Below, one piece after another: positions 57,001 through 62,964 of a stretch of 62,964 bases of DNA. The stretch lies in contig JACRJN010000002.1 in NCBI GenBank assembly GCA_016235675.1, positions 1 to 62,964 on the forward strand, written 5' to 3'. Origin of the DNA: Candidatus Schekmanbacteria bacterium (GTDB lineage Bacteria > SZUA-182). Each line of letters begins with the position of its first letter. Position 1 is the first letter of the stretch. Below the pieces are notes generated by a model, which was not told the DNA's origin, did no database searches, and saw only the letters and a program-made list of their open reading frames with translations. A program made the translations under genes and the position numbers.

Positions 57001-58264
57001 CCGCCGCCGCCCGCGCCTGAGCGGTGATTTCATTCTTTACGATGTCGGCACCGACAAAATCCCCGATTAAATAGCGCCCGGAACCGGTTGTCCCCACGCC
57101 CTTAATCTCCACCCGCGCTCCGATTTCATCGCCGACCTCGCTCAATCCTTGCCGTACCGCTTCCAGAGGGCGTCCCGCCGTCATCAGATAACGTTTGGAC
57201 AACAAGCGGCGCTGCTCGTCGATGACCACTACGTTAGTGCTGATCGATCCGATGTCGATACCCAGATAGGCCGGTACCTTTGCGGCTCCGGTTATCGGCA
57301 GAACCTGCGCTTCCAGGAATTGAGGCTGAAAATTGCCCAGGGGAATTGAAACGCTTTGGCTCTGATTGGGCTGCTGTTGATAATTTTGCAGGATTTCGCT
57401 AGCTTTATTTAAATCAAAGATTTGAGTTTTTTGCGCTTCCCATAAAGTTAAAGCGGAACCGATTGCCCCCATGCAGGCAAAATGCTGCGGGATAATCAAT
57501 TCCTCCGGTGTCAGATCCAAAATATCCAGAAGCGCTTTGATCATGCCCTGATTGGCCGCGACTCCACCCTGAAAGGCGATAGGCTTGATAAATTCCTTGC
57601 CCCGTCCCAGATTGCTTTTAAAACTGCGCGCCATGGCATAGCACAGCCCGGCGACAATATCGTAATCGGGTGTGGCCACCTGTTGCAGGTGAATCATGTC
57701 GCTTTTGGCAAAAACACTGCAACGCCCGGCAATACGCGGGGGATTTTTGGATTTTACGGCCAGCGCTCCGAATTCATTTTCGATGGACAGCCCCAAACGG
57801 TTGGCTTGTTGATCGAGAAAGGAACCGGTACCGGCAGCGCACATGGCGTTCATGGCGAAATCCTGGATCGCCCCCCGTTCATCCAGAAGGATCAATTTGG
57901 AATCTTCGCCGCCGATTTCCACTATCGTCCGCACCTGAGGATGAAAACAGGCTGTAGCCTTGCTTTGGGCTACGATTTCATTGATTACCGGTATATTCAA
58001 TAATTTGCCGATTAATTCCCCGCCCGTGCCCGTTATCGCCGCTCCCCGGATTTGCCGGCTATCAATTTGCTGTAAAATTGTGCCTAATTGCTTGATGACC
58101 ATAGAAACAGGGTCACCCTTCAACCGCTGATACTGGGTCTGCCAAACCCGTCCCTGTTCATCCAGCAAGGCCATTTTGCCGCTGACCGAGCCGACATCGA
58201 TTCCCAGCCAATAAGTTGTGTTAGCTTCCGCCATCGCTTTCTCACTTTTACTACTGTACTGCAT
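54050..58264 (-). CDS. Fused protein: two BadF/BcrA/HgdC-type ASKHA activase ATPase domains plus two 2-hydroxyacyl-CoA-dehydratase/DUF2229-like domains
   Basis: 1404 aa. WLGIDVGSVSGK and YLGIDIGSISTN phosphate-1 motifs. CAAGTGSFLDQQ and CAAGTGSFLEEQ. CRSCPNHC. C-terminal ETCFPIKIAHGH and GRECYPC blocks. Confidence 0.8.
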   Translation of the reverse strand: MQYSSKSEKAMAEANTTYWLGIDVGSVSGKMALLDEQGRVWQTQYQRLKGDPVSMVIKQLGTILQQIDSRQIRGAAITGTGGELIGKLLNIPVINEIVAQSKATACFHPQVRTIVEIGGEDSKLILLDERGAIQDFAMNAMCAAGTGSFLDQQANRLGLSIENEFGALAVKSKNPPRIAGRCSVFAKSDMIHLQQVATPDYDIVAGLCYAMARSFKSNLGRGKEFIKPIAFQGGVAANQGMIKALLDILDLTPEELIIPQHFACMGAIGSALTLWEAQKTQIFDLNKASEILQNYQQQPNQSQSVSIPLGNFQPQFLEAQVLPITGAAKVPAYLGIDIGSISTNVVVIDEQRRLLSKRYLMTAGRPLEAVRQGLSEVGDEIGARVEIKGVGTTGSGRYLIGDFVGADIVKNEITAQARAAAAIDPKVDTIFEIGGQDSKYVSMENGIVVDFEMNKVCAAGTGSFLEEQAEKLGISIKEEFGGLALASSSPSPLGERCTVFMETDLHHHQQRGAAKENLVAGLSYSIVHNYLNRVVGKRKIGNQIFFQGGVATNQGVVAAFESVTGKKIIVPPHHEVTGAIGVAIIAQEKSDGSPSKFKGFDLGRREYQLESFECRSCPNHCEIKKVIVQNEAPLFYGSRCEKFEKGKKKSVKSNPIDLFAEREQFLLKDYGQKVVQPKFKIGIPRCLFAHEFFPFWRAFFHELGMEVILSSRTNKQIIQESLEHVCSETCFPIKIAHGHVLELLEKELDYIFLPSMISLDCKDSKRGVNCPYVQTIPYTLQGAIDFKKSKVKLLQPVIQANHGIQHMEQCLLELGKQLGCPARAVRCAWRKAGEAQGEFTANIQRRGREILASLAPDETPVVIISRPYNGCDQGLNLELPQRLAELGFLPIPLDFLPLENDPRLRDWPNMYWRYGQRILKAADFIREHPLLAAVYLTNFGCGPDSFIGHFFNKRMAGKPYLQLEVDEHSADAGAVTRCEAFKDSLESIKEKNWHPEKEIRGEFLLPKNTPHKLFIPAMADHCYALAAALTRHGVQAEVMPESNQESIRWGRRYTSGRECYPCILTTGDMIKKTKDSDFDPARSAFFMPSGNGPCRFGQYNMFHRMVLDDLGFEQVPIYAPAQTASFYEDLGLVGNDFVHHLWQGVLAIDFLDQLSREIRPYELTPGQTDRVYKECLQKVQAAILEDKTWETIPQLKQALLAVPHKKGKRPILGIVGEIFVRSNPFSNNNLIREIEALGGEVWLPPLREWFLYLAYVGKRHNRLGRNFRALMHTQMTERFLQKEEQRFAKCFQDVLRNNHEPSINHTMEYCRPYLDPSFEGEAPLSIGKSVDFINKGVAGIINTMPFTCMPGNIVTAVLKRVRRDFRQIPCLDLAFDGVEQSNTKIRLEAFIHQALQYQLKKAEA

Positions 58265-58274
58265 TTGAATTGAT

Positions 58275-58445
58275 TTTAGCCACGAATTGTACGAAAAGAT
58301 TATATATTGACGTTTGAAATGTCATTGCGAACTTAAGTGAAGCAATCTTTCCCCGTGTGGCTGGAGATTGCTTCGGCGATAAGGCTGCCTCGCAATGACA
58401 ATTTTTTTTAATATTCCGTGAAATTTCGTGTAATTCGTGGCTAAA
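58275..58445. repeat. Nested composite: TTTAGCCACGAATT/AATTCGTGGCTAAA arms enclosing family A (58321-58399)
   Basis: The outer 14-bp arms are exact complements, with the A element central. Confidence 0.8.
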
Positions 58446-58452
58446 AATTTTT

Positions 58453-60096
58453 CTACTCCGCCACCAATTCCACATCTCCGGGGCTTCCGCCCTTATTCTG
58501 TTCCTGCTTATTTACCCAATATTGCTGGGCGATACCCAACACATTATTCACCAGCCAATAAACAACCAAACCGCTGGGGAAATTCAGAAACATAAAGGTA
58601 AAGATCAAAGGCATAAAGAGCATGACTTTGGCCTGATTGGGATCGGCTGCCGGGGTCATTTTCTGCTGCACGAACATGGAGATTCCCATCAGGACTGGGG
58701 TTACATAATATGGGTCTTTTGCCGACAAATCGGTCAGCCAGAACATAAAAGGCGCATGGCGCAATTCGATTGACACTAAAAGTGACTTATACAGTGCGAA
58801 AAACACCGGAATTTGCAGCAGCATCGGCAGGCAGCCGCCCACCGGATTGACCTTGTGCTTTTTATATAAGTCGATGATCTCGGCGTTTAATTTCTGCGGG
58901 TCGCTTTTGTACTTTTTGCGCAAGGCATTCATCTTGGGCTGCAATACCTGCATCTTGCGCATGGATTTGAAACTGCTGGCGGTCAGGGGATAAAAAACTA
59001 TCTTGATTAAGATAGTCAGCAGCACAATATCCCAGCCATAATTTTTGGTAAAGGTATGGGAAAATTTCAGCACCCGGATTAAGGGACGCGCCAGGAATTC
59101 AAACCAGCCGTAGTCAATAATCTTATCCAGATTCATATTAAGCGCGGAGAGATTTTCAATTTTCTTGGGGCCGGCATACAACCCGAATTCGCCGGTTACC
59201 TGGGCGCCGGGGGCTAATTCGTTTTGACCGCCGGAAACACCGATGCTCAGGCTGGAATCTTCCTTAGCGACAACAATTTCCGCCGTATCGGTTTTAGGAA
59301 TCAGGATGCTTGAGAAATAAACATTTTGCAACGCCGTCCAGGAGATTTTCCCCTTATGAAAACTCTTGCCCTTAATATCGGCGGGCTTATGATTCACCAG
59401 TTCGCCGTCGATCCAGGAGCTGGGGCCGGTATAATGATGACTGCTGTTATTGATTTCACGCCCTAAATTGTAGCCCCAAACCAGATTGTAATGACCCGGA
59501 AGATTTGCCGTCCCAGTGTTTTCCTGTCTGACCTTCACCCCGACATAATAATTATCATTGGTGAATTTTAACTCTTTGGTAATCTTCATCCCGGCAGGAT
59601 CGATATAAGACAATTGCAAAACGGCGTCAGGTTTGCGCTGATCTAAAATCAAATTGTCGGCGCTGGTTTCGTAGACCACCTGATTGGCTCTTTGCGTCAA
59701 ACCAGCATCGTCGAAATCCAAACGCAGGGGATAAACCCCCTTTTCCTCCGATTCCTTGGAGATCAATTGAACCGGATTTTTATCCTTGTCACGGTAATCG
59801 TTTAATTGCCAGCCGGTAATCACCGCCCCTTTGGTACTGATGGTCACCTGATATAAATCGGTGCTGATTTTGACAGAGCGTGCAACCTTTCCCTTTTGAC
59901 CCTCCTGATATTTTTGCAAAGCTTGCCCATCCTGAATTCTGACCTCAGCGGTTTTTGCAGATGTGGAGCCGGCTTTGTCTTCTGCTTTCTCCGGCTTTAC
60001 CGGCGCGGGCGGTTTGGCCGAATGAGGAAAGAAAAATTGAAAACCGATGATGATTAAAATCGATAAACCGATTGCCAATAACGTGCGTTTTTCCAT
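58453..60096 (-). CDS. yidC: Membrane protein insertase YidC
   Basis: 547 aa. N-terminal TM, periplasmic domain, C-terminal core NYGWDIVLLTILIKIVFYPL..QPKMNALRKKYK..GCLPMLLQIPVFFALY. Confidence 0.9.
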   Translation of the reverse strand: MEKRTLLAIGLSILIIIGFQFFFPHSAKPPAPVKPEKAEDKAGSTSAKTAEVRIQDGQALQKYQEGQKGKVARSVKISTDLYQVTISTKGAVITGWQLNDYRDKDKNPVQLISKESEEKGVYPLRLDFDDAGLTQRANQVVYETSADNLILDQRKPDAVLQLSYIDPAGMKITKELKFTNDNYYVGVKVRQENTGTANLPGHYNLVWGYNLGREINNSSHHYTGPSSWIDGELVNHKPADIKGKSFHKGKISWTALQNVYFSSILIPKTDTAEIVVAKEDSSLSIGVSGGQNELAPGAQVTGEFGLYAGPKKIENLSALNMNLDKIIDYGWFEFLARPLIRVLKFSHTFTKNYGWDIVLLTILIKIVFYPLTASSFKSMRKMQVLQPKMNALRKKYKSDPQKLNAEIIDLYKKHKVNPVGGCLPMLLQIPVFFALYKSLLVSIELRHAPFMFWLTDLSAKDPYYVTPVLMGISMFVQQKMTPAADPNQAKVMLFMPLIFTFMFLNFPSGLVVYWLVNNVLGIAQQYWVNKQEQNKGGSPGDVELVAE

Positions 60097-60114
60097 TAAG
60101 ACTCCAAGATTAAA

Positions 60115-60204
60115 AAAGGATGAAGGCGGAAGGATGAAGGATGAATGATGAAAGTAAAAAATTATTTAATATTTTCATCCTTCCGCCTTCATCCTTCCGC
60201 CTTT
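60115..60204. repeat. Heptad hairpin (AAGGATGAAGGCGGAAGGATGAAGGATGAATGATGAAAG .. TCATCCTTCCGCCTTCATCCTTCCGCCTTT)
   Basis: Heptad units start at 60121 (TGA), 60128 (GGA), 60135, 60142, 60149 (TGA). Confidence 0.85.
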
Positions 60205-60208
60205 AAAT

Positions 60209-60430
60209 TCATTTTACCGGATCATCCCCGCCCGGATGAAAGGGATGACAGCGTAAAACCCGTCCGATTGTCATGCGTAATGCTCTGGCTAGTGGATATT
60301 TTCCCAGAGCGTCGATGGCGTATTGAGAGCATGTAGGTGTAAACCGGCAGGCGGGAGGGAATAAAGGGGATAGAAATTTTTGATAAAACCTGACAGTTTT
60401 GAGAACTACCTGTTTTGCTGTATGAGCCAT
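60209..60430 (-). CDS. yidD: Membrane protein insertion efficiency factor YidD
   Basis: RFYQKFLSPLFPPACRFTPTCSQYAIDALGKYP..RVLRCHPFHPGGDDPV. Confidence 0.9.
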   Translation of the reverse strand: MAHTAKQVVLKTVRFYQKFLSPLFPPACRFTPTCSQYAIDALGKYPLARALRMTIGRVLRCHPFHPGGDDPVK

Positions 60431-60437
60431 TTGTCAT

Positions 60438-60793
60438 TTAAACTATAATCAACCCGGCGGAAAACAAACAATTCCTAAACTCCCGGATCAATTCCGGCGC
60501 CTTCAAATTCAGCAGGTTTTTTCTGGCTACCAGAATAAAATCAAAGCCAGGCCGGAAATTCGGACGGTTTTGCCGATAAGCTTCCCGCAAGAGACGCTTG
60601 GCCCGGTTTCTGGCCACCGCATTCCCTATCGCATCCTTGCCTGCGCAAACCCCCAGCCTGTTATGGGACAACCCATTGGCTTGATAATAGAGCACAAAGC
60701 TCTTGGCAACTATTTTTTGTTTCGGTGCAAAAACCGCGTCGAACTGGCTTTTTTTTTAAGCCGCTCTTGCTGGGGAAAAGAGTAGTCACCCAT
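60438..60793 (-). CDS. rnpA: RNase P protein component RnpA, reading frame broken at an A9 run (60749-60757)
   Basis: C-terminal frame: ..KSQFDAVFAPKQKIVAKSFVLYYQANGLSHNRLGVCAGKDAIGNAVARNRAKRLLREAY. The ATG at 60793 opens MGDYSFPQQERLKKK in the -1 frame. One extra A would join the two. Confidence 0.75.
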
Positions 60794-60795
60794 AA

Positions 60796-60930
60796 TTAAG
60801 CACTCAATTTCTTGCGTCCCTTAGCCCTTCTTCTTTTTAAAACCTCACGCCCATCCGGGGTTGACATCCTTTTACGAAAACCGTGTCTTCTTTTGCGTAC
60901 CAGTTTGCTCGGCTGATAAGTTCTTTTCAT
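60796..60930 (-). CDS. rpmH: 50S ribosomal protein L34 (not in the ORF track, under 60 aa)
   Basis: Hand translation: [44 protein letters not shown]. Confidence 0.95.
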   Translation of the reverse strand: MKRTYQPSKLVRKRRHGFRKRMSTPDGREVLKRRRAKGRKKLSA

Positions 60931-61094
60931 GTTAATTCAGCACCTTTTTATAGATTGATTTGTACAATTAAGTTATTATATAGGAAGCGTATTTTTTACC
61001 CTAAAAACGCATAAAAGTCAAGAAAATTCCACCGCGACACCCTAACTCAAAGGCATATTTCTTGTATAACCTATGCTGAAAGTATTGAAATCTA

Positions 61095-62759
61095 TTGGAT
61101 GAGAAAAGGATAAATATGCTTAATAAAGGTAACGCCAGCTCAAAAAACCAAGAAATATCGGAATCGAAATATCAAAAATCAGCGATAGTTTTAATTATCC
61201 TGTTGTCTGTTTTAGCCTATGCCAATACGCTTGGCAACGGCTTTGTCTGGGATGATTGGGGGATGGTTTACAATAATCAGATAATCAAATCCTGGGCAAA
61301 CTTCCCTAAGGTTTTTGTATTAAATGTTTTTCAGGACGAAGGCAACATGAACAATTATTGTCGCCCGCTCCTGACGATTTCGTACATGTTGGATAACAGC
61401 CTCTATAAACTTAATCCTTCAGGCTATCACTTAACCAGCCTTGTTTTTCACATAGCCGCCGGGATAATGATCTATTTCTTTACTTTTTCTTTGTTTGCCG
61501 ACAATAAATTAGCCTTCTTTACCGGTTTACTTTTTGCCGTACATCCCATTCATACCGAGGCCGTGGGCTGGATAGCCGCCAGAGGGGATGTCATGTTCAC
61601 ATTTTTCTTCTTTACCTGCCTTTACCTGCATCTGCAAATGCAGACAGCGAACAATAAAAATAAGCAGTTAATGTTATGCCTGTCTTTACTTTCTTTTCTG
61701 CTTGGCCTGTATTCCAAGGAGATTATGCTGATTTTACCGATTATGTTGATTCTGGTGGATTTTTATCGTAACCGGAATCTAAAACATTTACGCTCCCAAA
61801 TAAATAATTGGCTGCCCTATTGGGGATTAGCGGTTTTTTATTTCTTTATCCGCAGCTTGGTTTTCGGCTTTAAAAGCAGCTTTAACCCATATCTTGAGCC
61901 TTTAGCCAGGCATCAAATTTTACTTACCTTCGGCAGGGCGATCATTTATTATCTGACAAAATTAATCTATCCGATAAATTTAAGCGCACATATAGCCATA
62001 GATTTAGTGCACAAAGGTCTTCCTTGGGATGTCCTGGCCGCGATAATAATTTTAATATTATCCTTGACATATGCTTTGTTAAGCAGAAAAAAAGACCCGG
62101 AAATTTCCTTTGCCATCCTGTTTTTTTGGGTATCCCTGGCGCCTTTGAGTAATTTAGTCCCTATCAGTTATATCCGGGGAATAAAATTTCCGATGGCGGA
62201 AAGATATTTATATTTCCCCTCTTATGGCTACTGTTTACTGGTAGCCGGTTTATTGTGCAAATTAAATAAATTTAAAACGCGGCATTTAGCATTAGGCACT
62301 GTGGTCTTTTTTCTAATGCTTATTTTTTATACGGCAGGCACAGTTTACGCCAATAGTTTTTGGGAGAGTGATTTTATCCTGTTTAAAAAGGAGGCGCGTA
62401 TCTCTCCCAATAACTATTTCGTCAATTATAACATCGGCAGTTTTTACCTCGACAGGCGTGAATATGCTTTGGCAATCAACCATTTAGAAAAAGCCGCCCG
62501 GATAGAGCCGGATGAATACAGCCATTTTAAACTGGCAGCCTGCTATTACGAAATGGGAAATTATCCAAAGGCCATAGCAGAAAATTTGACTGCCTTGCGT
62601 TTTAATAAAAATTTGTACGCGTCTTACTTCAACATGGGGATATGTTACAAAGAATTAAAAAAATATGACCTGGCGGCTCAGGCTTTCCAAAATGCCCTGC
62701 GGATAAATCCGCGATTTAATCCCGCGCGGCAAGAACTTAATGTTATAAGAGGGAATTGA
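61095..62759 (+). CDS. Polytopic membrane protein with C-terminal TPR repeats (TMTC/PMT-like GT-C glycosyltransferase architecture)
   Basis: N-terminal GNGFVWDDW loop motif, about 10 TM segments, C-terminal TPRs (ALAINHLEKAARIEP, YPKAIAENLTALRFN, AAQAFQNALRINP). The true start may be the ATG at MLNKGN. Confidence 0.6.
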   Translation: MDEKRINMLNKGNASSKNQEISESKYQKSAIVLIILLSVLAYANTLGNGFVWDDWGMVYNNQIIKSWANFPKVFVLNVFQDEGNMNNYCRPLLTISYMLDNSLYKLNPSGYHLTSLVFHIAAGIMIYFFTFSLFADNKLAFFTGLLFAVHPIHTEAVGWIAARGDVMFTFFFFTCLYLHLQMQTANNKNKQLMLCLSLLSFLLGLYSKEIMLILPIMLILVDFYRNRNLKHLRSQINNWLPYWGLAVFYFFIRSLVFGFKSSFNPYLEPLARHQILLTFGRAIIYYLTKLIYPINLSAHIAIDLVHKGLPWDVLAAIIILILSLTYALLSRKKDPEISFAILFFWVSLAPLSNLVPISYIRGIKFPMAERYLYFPSYGYCLLVAGLLCKLNKFKTRHLALGTVVFFLMLIFYTAGTVYANSFWESDFILFKKEARISPNNYFVNYNIGSFYLDRREYALAINHLEKAARIEPDEYSHFKLAACYYEMGNYPKAIAENLTALRFNKNLYASYFNMGICYKELKKYDLAAQAFQNALRINPRFNPARQELNVIRGN

Positions 62760-62760
62760 T

Positions 62761-62882
62761 GTTTCGGCGTGTCCTCACGCCGAAACTATCCAGGGGTAAC
62801 GTTCAATGCTGTTGACTTAAAATCTCATGTTACGCAAAGTTACTATCCTGGATGTTTCGGGTGTGTTCCACACCGAAACCCT
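62761..62882. repeat. Composite of two GTTTCGG..CCGAAAC hairpins (family J-like) joined by a TATCCAGG/CCTGGAT(G) palindrome
   Basis: GTTTCGGCGTGTCCTCACGCCGAAAC and GTTTCGGGTGTGTTCCACACCGAAAC, read directly. Confidence 0.65.
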
Positions 62883-62964
62883 AAAGGGCGGCGGGCCGAT
62901 TGGTAAGGCTTGGCAGGTTTGAGATAAGAAACCTGAGTTCGGAATAAGAAATAGAATTAATTAA

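Noticed and set aside
60931-61094. oriC or DnaA-box cluster next to rpmH, and a sigma-70 promoter for rpmH
   Set aside because: No TTATCCACA-type boxes are seen. A minus-strand TATAAT (60980-60975) exists, but the -35 position reads TAGGGT, so the promoter call is too weak to list.

Overview
62.9-kb chromosomal window from what looks like an uncultured anaerobic diderm bacterium; I cannot place it taxonomically from sequence alone. BamA, lipoproteins, superoxide reductase and a sigma-54 regulator support the diderm/anaerobe reading. Most genes are housekeeping. Readable blocks are purM, nnr, bamA and clpC; tRNA-Ser; a long SRP RNA followed by dnaX-ybaB; remA-gmk-rpoZ-coaBC; tRNA-Val; ugd/uxs/epimerase; ftsB-eno-rpsT; and rpmH-rnpA-yidD-yidC. 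Accessory content: (1) a short signal-peptide RHS/YD protein with a small membrane ORF and an RHS relic, wedged between ugd and uxs; (2) a run of four lipoproteins (DUF799-like, CsgG-like, PEGA, TPR) plus a second YidD-like gene and fis; (3) a Cys-rich GAF-PAS sensor translationally coupled to a PAS-HD-GYP gene; (4) a 1404-aa fused double-ASKHA activase/dehydratase-like protein next to a DUF362 gene; (5) a lone tandem BMC-like shell protein; (6) a pcm-RDD-P-type ATPase unit bracketed by a perfect 30-bp inverted repeat. The most unusual feature is non-coding. Almost every intergenic gap holds palindromic repeat families, here called A-J, that are nested inside one another in a fixed order. Many hairpin arms are built from 7-nt NNNNTGA units, which puts stop codons in all three frames on both strands. 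rnpA is frame-disrupted at an A9 run. No CRISPR array, transposase, integrase or rRNA was seen. All protein calls come from motif recognition by eye in the supplied ORF translations; no database search was possible.
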